Source of the DNA: Phallusia mammillata
Taxonomy: Eukaryota
Length of the DNA: 64,000 nucleotides
Assembly: GCA_965637545.1 (NCBI GenBank)
Contig: OZ281497.1
Coordinates: 20,708,001 to 20,772,000 of the forward strand
Direction: 5' to 3'
The position numbers and the translations under genes are program-made. How positions within the stretch are numbered: position 1 is the stretch's first letter; every line of letters begins with the position of its first letter. Positions 9,970 through 20,013 of the stretch are shown one piece after another. The notes below the pieces were generated by a model that was not told the origin of the DNA, made no database searches, and worked only from the letters and a program-made list of their open reading frames with translations.

Positions 9970-10941
9970 GGGTCGACTAAAAGCCTGACTGCCTGACTAG
10001 CCTGACTGGCCTGACTTTGGCGGCAGTGTTTCACAAAATATTTTTCGGACTGACTTGTTTAAAAAGTATGACTACTGTTGATTGGGAAAGGCCTGACTAC
10101 GTAAAGCGTCATCCGAGAAGGCCTGACTTTCGTGATTGTCGATTGGGAAAGGCCTGACTGCAATATGAAAGGGCCTGACAGCAATATAATAGGCCTGACT
10201 GCAATATAGAAGGCCCGACTTGGTGATTGTCGATTGGGAAAGGCCTGACTTAGGTGATTGTCGATTGGAAAAGGCCTGACTGCGTAAAGCGTCATCAGAG
10301 AAGGCCTGACTTTCGTAATTGTCGATTGTGAAACGCCTGACTGCGTAAAACGTCATCAGAGAAGGCCTGACTTGCATGATTGTCGATTGGAAAAGGCCTG
10401 ACTTTCGTGATTGTCGATTGGGAAAGGCCTGACTGCGTAAAGCGTCATCAGAGAAGCCCTGACTTTCGTCATTGTCGATTGTGAAACGCCTGACTGCGTA
10501 AAACGTCATCAGAGAAGGCCTGACTTTCGTAATTGTCGATTATGAAACGCCTGACTGCGTAAAACGTCATCAGAGAAGGCCTGACTTGCGTGATTGTCGA
10601 TTGGGAAAGGCCTGACTGCGTAAAGCGTCATCAGAAAAGGCCTGACTTGCGTGATTGTCGATTGGAAAAGGCCTGACTTTCGTGATTGTCGATTGTGAAA
10701 CGCCTGACTGCGTAAAACGTCATCAGAGAAGGCCTGACTTGCGTGATTGTCGATTGGAAAAGGCCTGACTTTCGTGATTGTCGATTGGAAAAGGCCTGAC
10801 TGCGTAAAGTGTCTTTAGAGAAGGCCTGACTTAGGTGATTGTCGATTGGGAAAGGCCTGACTGCAATATTAAAAGCCTGACTTGGGTGATTGTCGATTGG
10901 GAAAGGCTTAAATGCAACATGAAAGGGCCTGACTGCAATAT
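9970..10941 (+). repeat. Left arm of the MULE, outer part: TIR plus modular tandem array
   Basis: Core AGGCCTGACT alternates with spacer types GCGTAAAGCGTCATCAGAGA, TTCGTGATTGTCGATTGGGAA and GCAATAT(A/G)...; period ~20-31 bp. Confidence 0.95.
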
Positions 10942-13900
10942 GAGTTGAGTTGAGTTGAGTTTATTTCGCCGGTGATACAAATCGTAGCAGCACAATTGCA
11001 CTAAAATATTCACCAAGCCGGAAATAGCTGCGCAACGTTGGGACGTTATAAAGCGCGACAAAGGTAAGGGCACAATTGGTGGAAAGATGATAAACGCGCT
11101 GCAGCTACACCGTTACTAATAGCGTTATGTGGCAGGGACTCACAACGGAGGGTGAGGTTGGCGCATTGGGACATCAAGACTGGGGGGGAAACGTTGGTGG
11201 AACCAGCCAGGTTGGGACCTAATCTAACCACCCGTGTTAGGGAAAGAGGGTGGGGTTCAACAGGAAAAGAAACCACCAAAAGAAACCCTGTTGGATAGTT
11301 TCCGGCGCCGGAAGGAAGGGTGCAGCACAAACATAGTGACGATTGAACATGAAAGTTGTACAACATAAAAAAGAAAAAACAAAAGAGGAAAAAAAAACGG
11401 AATTAAAAAAAAAACAGATCAATGAGTCCATAGATTCGTGTGATACAAGGGTAGGGGGAACCTCATCAGCTCAGCTGTTGCCATTCCGTGACACTTTGTA
11501 TAGTTGATGGGTCGCGAACTGCGGATGTTGTAACTGAAAAAGAAAAGCTCCGAGCGGCAGCGTTAGTTTTTTTGATACAACACAGGGACTTTTTTATTAG
11601 GTGCATACACAACAAATCACACAAAAGAACAGTGGTTATAAGTGAACGTTTTCCAAAGCAGTGTAATAATATTGTGCTTGGTCATGATAAAAAGCATGAC
11701 CAGTAAAAACAGTAATAGCTGCTGGTGAATCATTATTCACCTCACAATGCAAGTAAGATAACTAGTGCGACAAAAAACACGTGTGCAAAAAGCAAAACCA
11801 GTGTGGCAACACAGTAATAGTGATTTTAATTTGACAAATGTACTATACTAGTAAGACATGCAGTTCAGTGAATGTGCACAGGATGAAAACACATGCTCTC
11901 AGATGGTTGCTTGACAGTGCCCACCAAAAAACTCATCATGGCAAACAAAGGAATACTAATATAATGGGGACATCTGAAAAACAATAATTTAACAGTGATA
12001 AGTGAGTAAACCAACTAAGATAATAAGTCTAGGTGCTGTCCGGCTGCTATTATTCCAGGAGTGTATTTTTTACTTGTTTTGTAAATATTTTTTTCGAGGT
12101 GGGAACAACATCAAATTTAAGGTCTGTCCAGCATTTAGGACCTGTATATTTAATGGATTGTTGAATAGTACTGCTGCTGCACAAGGGTATAGTATAACCA
12201 CTTTCGGTTTGTCGAGTACTTACACCAATGGTTACCATTTTTCGTTGAAAGAAATTGTCAAATGCTTCAGGTAATCTACCGTTTTGGTAATTGTATAAAT
12301 ACATTGCGCACTCAAGTTTAAACTGTTGCTCGTTTGTTAATATTTTATAATGTTTCAATGATTCTTCCAGGTTTTGATATTTAAAGCCATAGGTCATGCA
12401 CAGAAACTTGTTGCAGATGTTTTGAATCTTATTCTTAAGGTTTATATTACCATGATACCAGCATGTTATTCCATACATTATTTGACTTCTGACAAGTGAT
12501 TGATAAATACAATGTAATGCTTGCTTTGTTAACAAAGGCCTTATTTTTATAGTCAAGTAATATATTCTTTTAATTTTTTGTAAAATGTATGTCATGTGTT
12601 CTTTCCATGACAAGCTTTCATGAATAGTTAGCCCAAGGAATTGCACAGATTTGGCTATTGCTATTTGCTGGCCATTTATTTCCAACTTACATATTGGCTT
12701 AGTTTTAGAGTTTGCAAGTCTAAAGTGAACACCTTTGGTTTTTGCAACATTAAGTGATAATTTATTGGTTATTAGCCATTCATTTATTTTTACCAGTTGC
12801 AAGTTTACAGTGTTAAATAATGACTCCGTATCTCTATTTTTAAAAAGGAGGGAAACATGATTTGCCTGTCCTGATGTTATGCTATTTGGCAGATCATTAA
12901 TGTATATTAAAAATAGTAACGGGCCAAGATTACTTCCCTGGGGTACACCACAACTTATTGGTAGGTCATTAGATGTTTTGTTGCCAAGTTGGACCCTCTG
13001 TTTTCTATTAGACAGGTAACTCTTAAAAAAGTCTAAGGCAACCCCTCTGATGCCATGATGATTTAGTTTTCCCATTAATATAGTGTGGTCTATAGTATCA
13101 AATGCCTTTGATAGGTCAAGAAATATTCCAACTGCCTGTTGATTGTTCTGACAGGCATCTGTGATACTCGATATTAATAAGGAAGCAGCATGGTGGGTAG
13201 AATGACCTTTTCGAAACCCAAATTGTTTTGAATTAAAAAAGTTTTTGTTGTTTAAAAACGTATAAAGTCTATTGTACACAATTTTTTCCAGAATTTTAGA
13301 TAGGTTTGATAATAAACTTATAGGCCTGTAGTTACTAGCTGATTTCATATCCCCCTTTTTATGAATAGGTACTACTTTTGCTGTTTTAAAAGCCTGAATA
13401 AAAACTCCATTTTCTAAACAAAGGTTAAATATATGGCTCAGACAATTAATTATTCCTTGTGGTAGACATTTTATGACATTTGAAGGCAAGCCATCTATTC
13501 CACAACTTAATTTACTTTGTATTTTTTCAATGATTATCTTAATTTCACCAGGGCAGGTCGGAAAGAGAAAAATAGAGGATTTGGATGTGGGTCCTAAATA
13601 CATCTGATAAGAGGTTTTGGGCTTATCCAACTGGCTAACCAACTTTTCTGCAACAGTAGAGAAATACTTATTAAAGTGATCAGCTATGTCTATTTGGTTT
13701 GTGATCAATTTTCCATCTACTTTAAGGTTTAACATGTAGTTCGTGGTCTTATTTCGACCTATTAAACTGTTTATTGTTTTCCACGTCTGTTTTGCATTAT
13801 TCCTGTGTTTACCAAACAGCTTTTGATAATAAGTTTTCTTTTTGGAATTTACCATTCGATAATATTGGTTGCGCATTTGGTGGTACTGAAGTTTTCTAGC

Positions 13901-14855
13901 TGTCGTTTTCTTTTTAAGATATTTTTTGTATGCAGTTTGTTTTGCTTTATTGAGATTATTCAATTTTTTATCATACCATTCGTTTTTCCCAGTTTTTCCA
14001 TTACTTTTTGAAAGGGGAAATGCTTTTTCAAAACTAGTTTGTAAATGTGCTAGTAAAATGTCAAATGCTTCATTTGGGTCTGTTTTATTAGTTATTAAGT
14101 CATAGTCAAGTAGATTTAGTTGGGTGATAAAAGAAGTATAGTTTTGTCTATTGTAGCACCTGTGGGGTTGGACTTTTCTTGTGTCAAATTTTTCAGGGCA
14201 ACAGAACATCACTGGAAAGTGGTCTGATATGTCATCTAATAAAATGTATGTGTCAACTGGGTGTAATACATTGGTCCATATATGATCAATTACAGTTGCA
14301 GAAGAGTCGGTTATTCTAGTTGGTTTGTTGATGAGAGGCATAAAGTTATTCTCAAACATGCAGTCAGTGAACATGTTAACTTGGAGATTTGTTGAGTCCA
14401 GAAGGTTTAAATTAAAGTCTCCTATGATATATACATCTGCATTGGGCTGTTTTGTTTTAACCATGCTATTATTAAGATTTTTTAAAAAGCTATCAAAAAT
14501 ATTTTTATCCTGCCCTGGTGACCGGTAAATTGTTCCACAGGTTATTATTTTTTTATTAACTTGAATGTCGACAAACAATGACTCGAATACTTTTTCATTC
14601 ATTATAGTTAAATCCTCTCTAACATTGTATGATAACATGTTGTTTACATACAACCCTACACCACCTCCTCTGTGCATATTCCTTGGGTTCGAAATAAAGT
14701 TATAACCAGGCAAATTGTAAAACATTCTATGTTCAGGTTTAAGCCATGTTTCTGTGACTCCAATTATGTGTGGTTTGAAATGTAATCCAGCTAACAAAGC
14801 CTGCAGTTTCGAGAAGTTGTGAGGGTTGTTTAATGATCTTATGTTAATGCTATAT
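10942..14855 (-). mobile_element. 5'-truncated CR1/L2-group LINE inserted in the MULE left arm
   Basis: APE+RT ORF2, ~1.1-kb 3' UTR ending GAAATAAA(CTCAA)n at 10942-10966. It splits an array unit at GCAATAT^AGAAGGCC; ATAT occurs at both junctions (10938-10941, 14852-14855), either a 4-bp TSD or microhomology. Confidence 0.93.
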
Positions 14856-14944
14856 AGAAGGCCTGACTTGGGTGATTGTCGATTGGGAAAGGCCTGACTT
14901 AGGTGATTGTCGATTGGAAAAGGTCTGACTGCGTAAAGCGTCAT
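12050..14944 (-). CDS. LINE ORF2 (AP endonuclease + reverse transcriptase), open but lacking the YADD box; first ~30 codons come from the MULE array
   Basis: APE motifs NIRS, TETW, IYRSP, GDFN, IDHI and SDHFPV are intact. RT motifs YRPISLL, QFGFR, FLDLSKAFDTIDH and GVPQGSNLGPLLFLIYINDL are present, followed by SITSGQANHVSLLF with no ADD. Confidence 0.9.
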   Translation of the reverse strand: MTLYAVRPFPIDNHLSQAFPNRQSPKSGLLYSINIRSLNNPHNFSKLQALLAGLHFKPHIIGVTETWLKPEHRMFYNLPGYNFISNPRNMHRGGGVGLYVNNMLSYNVREDLTIMNEKVFESLFVDIQVNKKIITCGTIYRSPGQDKNIFDSFLKNLNNSMVKTKQPNADVYIIGDFNLNLLDSTNLQVNMFTDCMFENNFMPLINKPTRITDSSATVIDHIWTNVLHPVDTYILLDDISDHFPVMFCCPEKFDTRKVQPHRCYNRQNYTSFITQLNLLDYDLITNKTDPNEAFDILLAHLQTSFEKAFPLSKSNGKTGKNEWYDKKLNNLNKAKQTAYKKYLKKKTTARKLQYHQMRNQYYRMVNSKKKTYYQKLFGKHRNNAKQTWKTINSLIGRNKTTNYMLNLKVDGKLITNQIDIADHFNKYFSTVAEKLVSQLDKPKTSYQMYLGPTSKSSIFLFPTCPGEIKIIIEKIQSKLSCGIDGLPSNVIKCLPQGIINCLSHIFNLCLENGVFIQAFKTAKVVPIHKKGDMKSASNYRPISLLSNLSKILEKIVYNRLYTFLNNKNFFNSKQFGFRKGHSTHHAASLLISSITDACQNNQQAVGIFLDLSKAFDTIDHTILMGKLNHHGIRGVALDFFKSYLSNRKQRVQLGNKTSNDLPISCGVPQGSNLGPLLFLIYINDLPNSITSGQANHVSLLFKNRDTESLFNTVNLQLVKINEWLITNKLSLNVAKTKGVHFRLANSKTKPICKLEINGQQIAIAKSVQFLGLTIHESLSWKEHMTYILQKIKRIYYLTIKIRPLLTKQALHCIYQSLVRSQIMYGITCWYHGNINLKNKIQNICNKFLCMTYGFKYQNLEESLKHYKILTNEQQFKLECAMYLYNYQNGRLPEAFDNFFQRKMVTIGVSTRQTESGYTIPLCSSSTIQQSIKYTGPKCWTDLKFDVVPTSKKIFTKQVKNTLLE

Positions 14945-15245
14945 CAGAGAAGGCCTGACTTGGGTGAATGTCGATTGGAAAAGGCCTGACTTTCGTGATT
15001 GTCGATTGTGAAACGCCTGACTGCGTAAAGCGTCATCAGAGAAGGCCTGACTGCGGTAATTGTCGATTGGAAAAGGCCTGACTTTCGTGATTGTCGATTG
15101 GGAAAGGTCTGCCTGCGTAAAACGTCATCATAGAAGGCCTGACTGCGGCGATTGTCGATTGGGAAAGGCCTGACTGCGTAAAGCGTCACCAGATAAGACC
15201 TGGCTTGGATAATTATCGATTAATGAAAGGCCTGACTGCGCAGAA
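14856..15245 (+). repeat. Left arm of the MULE, inner part (array resumes after the LINE)
   Basis: Same AGGCCTGACT core and spacers, same orientation as 9970-10941. Confidence 0.93.
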
Positions 15246-15429
15246 GATTATGGGGAAAGGCTTTTTGTACTAATGTATTACCACATCGTTTATCGTTTTT
15301 TAAAATTAGTGCAATCCATTCTAAGCTTAGTTACAAACGATGCAAAATATTTTATACGTAAATAAAAAGGTAATTCGCAACCACCTACTGCTTGCATCAA
15401 ACACCTGGTCAACACAAAACGAAAGGTAT

Positions 15430-15625
15430 TTATTGAACATGCTGTGGCCGGTTTTGGGGAGTATTATAATTGCATAATTTACAAACATAGTATAATGACG
15501 CGGACGAAACTTCTCCGCATGTTGAGTGAATCCATCTTCGGCCGACACAGCACATGTATTGGATCTCCTTTTCGGTAAAACCTCCTTTACACCAAGGCGC
15601 TGAACAATCAGACCAGCCACTAATG
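15430..15625 (-). pseudogene. PHD-finger remnant of the MULE protein
   Basis: My translation of a frame not in the ORF track: SDCSAPWCKGGFTEKEIQYMCCVGRRWIHSTCGEVSSASLYYVCKLCNYNTPQNRPQHVQ*. This is C4HC3 spacing with one ligand apparently changed to Gly. Confidence 0.75.
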
Positions 15626-15756
15626 GAGGGATGAAGGTTGTCGGCCAGAAAAAAATGGCCCGATTCACTGATGACCTATACCAGCAAAACGCGATTAATG
15701 GTTTTGCAGTTTAAAATTCAACACTTTGCGTACCTAAGGCTCAAACATTTTCGCCG

Positions 15757-16224
15757 TTATTGCCCCACATATTCGTTTTTTTCTTGTGTTGTCAACTTGA
15801 CAATTGGGTTGAGGGAGGATGAATCTTTTCTAGTCAACATCGTGTGTACAACATAATTTCTTGCACAAGTTAAATCGAATGAGGCAAGTGGGCATTTTGA
15901 TAAAATACAATAGGCATTGACAATGACATGAATACCACAATCAAAGCTGTTGGTCTGTTGGGGTGCGGAGTTGAAGCGAATTACGGACCAGGAAACCATG
16001 TCACGCAGAAGTCCAGCGGCAGCATAAAACGAGTTTATGAATCTCAAAACTGTTTGACCGATGTTTTTTATCCTTGTGGATGACGTTCTCGACACAGAAT
16101 CAAACAGGTAAATCTGTTGTGTTTGGACAATTGCCACTGCAAGCAACCAATGGCAGGATTTGTGACAAACGGGGAAAAAAGAAGATATCCCGATTAAGCG
16201 GGGCATGTCGCTGAATAAATCCAA
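15757..16224 (-). pseudogene. Ulp1/SENP (peptidase C48) SUMO-protease domain of the MULE
   Basis: HWLLAVA...YLFDS...PQQTNSFDCGIHV gives the His-Asp-Cys triad plus the oxyanion Gln. Confidence 0.9.
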
Positions 16225-16368
16225 TAATGCAGTCTAAGCGATTATGTTCTAAAGCAGTGAACATGTGGGAAGGTACAACTAAGGCATAGGAAGTTGACTC
16301 GCTAATAAATTCTGTAATGCAGATTTCTATTGAGTAGTCATCTATCCATTTTGCTGTTTTAACCAGCT

Positions 16369-17290
16369 CTATAATGTTCCAAGTTGTCGGTTTTCAACTT
16401 TTTTGATAGGCATATCTGAAACATTTTCCCACGGGTATGGTATTTTGTTTTCTTCCTTCGCATCTTTTTTCTTAAGAATAGGAGATGCTGCTAGACTTTT
16501 TGCTGGCTCACTAAACTCAGAATTTATTTTTTCTTTGATAGGCGTTGAATAATGGGGTGTCGGAAGGGTGGAATCTGGAGCTGGGATGGTGTCGTAATCA
16601 TAATCTCTGGTTCTCGATTTTTTTCTCCCAGACTTTCCCTCGCCTCTTCTAGACCGTTTGCGTAACATGGACAGAGAATATGTTTTTTTGTCTCCAAGTG
16701 AAACTCCGACTGCCATTTCTACCGCGTAAATGTGGAAACACTTGCCAGTACTGTTGCATGAACACCTTGATTTTGGAAAAAGTTGTACTGCGTGCGATAA
16801 TTTAGAAAACCTGTTGTATACTGTAAATGTTTGACAGAAAATGACAGTGTAACGGCATTATTTTTTACGCAATCAACTGCCAAAGCTTTTTGTGACGTGC
16901 GGTGCGTTGGGTGATTTTTCACAGACTTTGCAATAGATTGAAACTTGCTCTTAATTTCTTTTGCAATCGATCCTGCCGATGGTATTTTTTCATGGGCCCA
17001 TTTGCATTCCTGTGCTTCTTTAATAGGAAATTCCGATTTGAGGGTACCATTTCCAAAACCACAAAAACTTCTTTCAAACTTATACAATGTATACACTTGA
17101 TAACGATGTAGAGCAAGTACCGTGCAGTCTACTGGCATCTCCGACCATTCAGACCATTCCTTAAAAACTTTGTTCAATGATTCAGAAATGTTATTAGTGC
17201 ACACGATGTCGTCCCCAAATGCTGAAAACTTGTTGGTGACAAACCGTCAAGTGTGATTGAAAAGGTCATTTAAACGTTTTAACGTAACGT
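16369..17290 (-). pseudogene. MULE transposase C-terminal half with SWIM finger, frameshifted; N-terminal part deleted
   Basis: CTNNISESLNKVFK (catalytic Glu motif). In a shifted frame CSCNSTGKCFHIYAV (SWIM, 16732-16764) runs into ORF 16369-16716. Only ~30 codons lie between the right arm and the TNN motif. Confidence 0.8.
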
Positions 17291-17294
17291 GACA

Positions 17295-17727
17295 TTTTAC
17301 GCAGTCAGGCCTTTCCCAATCGACAATCACGAAAGTCAGGCCATCTCTGATGACGCTTTACGCAGTCAGGCGTTTCCTAATCGACAATCACGAAAGTCAG
17401 GCCTTTCCCGATCGACAATCAACTAAGTCGGACCTTCTATATTGCAGTCAGGCCTTTTATATTGCAGTCAGGCCCTTTCATGTTGCATTTAGGCCTTTCC
17501 CAATCGACAATCACCCAAGTCAAGCTTTTAATATTGCAGTCAGGCTTTTCCAATCGACAATTACCTAAGGCAGTTCTTCTCGGATGACGCTTTACGTAGT
17601 CAGGCCTTTCCCAATCAACAGTAGTCATACTTTTGAAACAAGTCAGTCCAAAAAATATTTTGTGAAACACTGCCGCCAAAGTCAGGCCAGTCGGACCAGT
17701 CAGGCAGTCAGGCTTTTAGTCAAACCC
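17295..17727 (-). repeat. Right arm of the MULE (inverted modular array plus TIR)
   Basis: AGTCAGGCCT cores with the same spacers in inverted orientation; ~430 bp versus ~1360 bp for the left arm. Confidence 0.95.
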
Positions 17728-18147
17728 GTGCAACTGCAGCAGTACAACTACAAAAGGTTATAGTAGTTGAATTCGTTGATTTACGTAACGTTATTGTCTG
17801 AACCACACGCTCAAACAACTTACATAAATATATAAGATTGGGTTTTCCATGCATTTTGCTAACTCCGAGCAATTTTACACGTAAACAGCGCGAATCCTGT
17901 TACACTGTTGCGTGTTTCAAAAATTTGTTTATCAAAACGTGTTAGACTTTTTTTACAGAACTTGTGTAAGTGCTTTGCTGATTTAAACATGTACCTAAAT
18001 ATGCACGGTTTGTTCTATTGACTTTTAAACGTGAGTTCACAGTGCTTGGAACTAACATACAGATCTGAGATTTTTACATCAATTGGTGTTGGTGTCACAT
18101 GTTTACTTTTGCAGAGAAACAAAAGTATGTATTAAAATTTAAACAAA

Positions 18148-20013
18148 ATGTCAGGTTTGTTGGCCATTCGTTTGGGGCCAAAACTTGCAAAGCATCTTGT
18201 CACCAAGCACATATTATATCGCCCTGCAACAATCACACCAATCCGAAATTTGTGGATTCGGAATCCATTTAAAAAAGATGTGACAGCAACCAGTGCTCAG
18301 GATGTAGTTACAAAAACTGAATATGAAATTGAACTAGAAAAATTTGAGAAAAAGGATAATGTAAGTTTGGACTGTTTAATACACATACTACATTGACAAT
18401 TTATTTATTTTTTAATGATTATTTGCAGTATGTAAAATATTATGGATTTGATCAAGATGATGCTGGATTTGATGAACAATTATTCAAAATGTTGGCAGTT
18501 TTGTTTTTTTCCATTGTCTTGGGATTCTGTCCAATAATAATGATGTATTCACCAGATTTTAAGTGAGTCTTTTTCCATATCAGGTCTTCATGTTGATTGA
18601 AAGCAATTTTTACTGTTAATGATACACATTTTTGTGCTAAGCATTATAGAAAATGTGTCAGGTACATGTTAAACACTAAATTATATTGTACCCTCCCTGA
18701 ACCCACATGATTTTACTCCTTGTTTTCCTTTGGTTTGCCTACCATTCTTTTCTCGGAATTGTTAACTAGATTTAGATGAACTTTTACAGCTGGAAGATGT
18801 CCCATCTGTTTCATTTGACCCTATAGTCCCAGTATATGTCCGTAAAGGGGAAAATGATTTTCATACATTTTGTAAGCTGCAGATCACCAAGTTTCAATGG
18901 TTAAGTGGTGTTATAATTGCAACTGAGCACATGTTACATGAGACCGTCATTTCATTACCTTGGTTATGTTGTACATAATATTGTGCAGATTGTGGCTAGG
19001 AATGTTGCTCTGAACAGCTCTTGTGGACTAAGTTTTGTGTTCCAACCTGTAGCCCCACTATTTAGCCCACTAGCTCATATAACCCAACCACCATTTATCC
19101 CACTAAATAAGTGAATTTTGCAAACAATTTCAAATTTGTGAATGTGGTATTGTTGGGTGTCAATTACTATGGTTCACAACGGGAGACCCACCATTTTTCC
19201 TATCACGCCTTCTAAGTGGATAAAACGTTAAACAAATAGTATATATTTGTACATCACTGAACTGAATTGTATGATGAAACAGTGATCATAAAGATAAAGT
19301 TTGTGATTTGAATGACATCATCTAATTCTTAATGAAATCAACTTCCAAATCTATTGGGTGCCAAGCACCACCATGTATGATTTGAGTTCCAAGCATTGCC
19401 AATGAAAATGCCTAGTACCTATACTTTTTAGTCTGCATTGACTGTAAATACCTACAATTTAACAAGTTTACTAAATTTAGGTGCAATATCATTGTGGATT
19501 TGTAAACTTTCCTTCTTTCTGAACCAGCTATTAAAAACAACTCTTCTGATGTTTCGGTGTCTAATTTGGGACAACAGAAAAAAATGCATCATGAAAGTTC
19601 AAAGAAATAGGCACTGATGTGCATACTACACCAAAATATAACTACCGTTTTAAATGTATGTAAATCGCATCTGTGTTGGACAAACACTGAATTTTGCTTA
19701 CAGATGGTTACAATTATTATTCCTAAAAGCAATTCTTGTTGCATGAATTTTGCCATTATTTGATTTTAACCATTTTAACTATTATGCCATTTATAGTGGC
19801 CAGATGGTACCTTGGAGAAAACGTGAAGCTATAATGCAGATAGAGAAGCGAATGGCTGAGGGAAAACTACTTATTGACCCTAACTATGTGCCAGAGGACC
19901 TGATTGCATCTATGGTGCCACCTGCTGGTGACTGGGAAGAAGATTGGCTTAAAAAACAGGCTTCTGTTTGCGAGGATAGCAGAATGAGACCTTTTACTCA
20001 AGTTCCATACTAA
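18148..20013 (+). CDS. NDUFB11: NADH dehydrogenase (complex I) subunit NDUFB11/ESSS-like, 3 coding exons
   Basis: Exons 18148-18360, 18429-18562, 19797-20013 join in frame. Product has a basic mitochondrial-leader-like N-terminus, YYGFDQD, one TM helix, then YSPDF..MVPWRKREA..IEKRMAEGKLLIDPNYV, matching the recalled ESSS pattern GYD...YLPDYRMKEWSRREA. Confidence 0.72.

Larger units (their letters stand above)
9970..17727 (-). mobile_element. Mutator/MULE DNA transposon with long foldback-type modular arms (Rehavkus/Phantom-like), internally deleted and carrying a nested LINE
   Basis: Exact 9-bp TSD GTGCAACTG (9961-9969, 17728-17736). Termini GGGTCGACTAAAAGCCTGACTG / CAGTCAGGCTTTTAGTCAAACCC; the outer ~150 bp are near-perfectly inverted. 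Internal remnants include the MULE TNNxxESxN motif, SWIM, Ulp1 and PHD. Confidence 0.92.

Noticed and set aside
10059-10509. Repetitive ORFs (MTFYAVRR...) here and at 17350-17679
   Set aside because: Translations of the ~30-bp repeat units; no independent evidence of coding.
9970-17727. CRISPR array (constant core plus spacers)
   Set aside because: Eukaryotic context, no cas genes, only three recurring spacer types, and the arrays form the inverted arms of an element with a 9-bp TSD.
19700-19760. NDUFB11 exon 3 acceptor at GCTTACAG (~19702) or CCAG (~19804)
   Set aside because: The first hits a stop and the second shifts the frame; only the acceptor at 19796 restores WRKREA.
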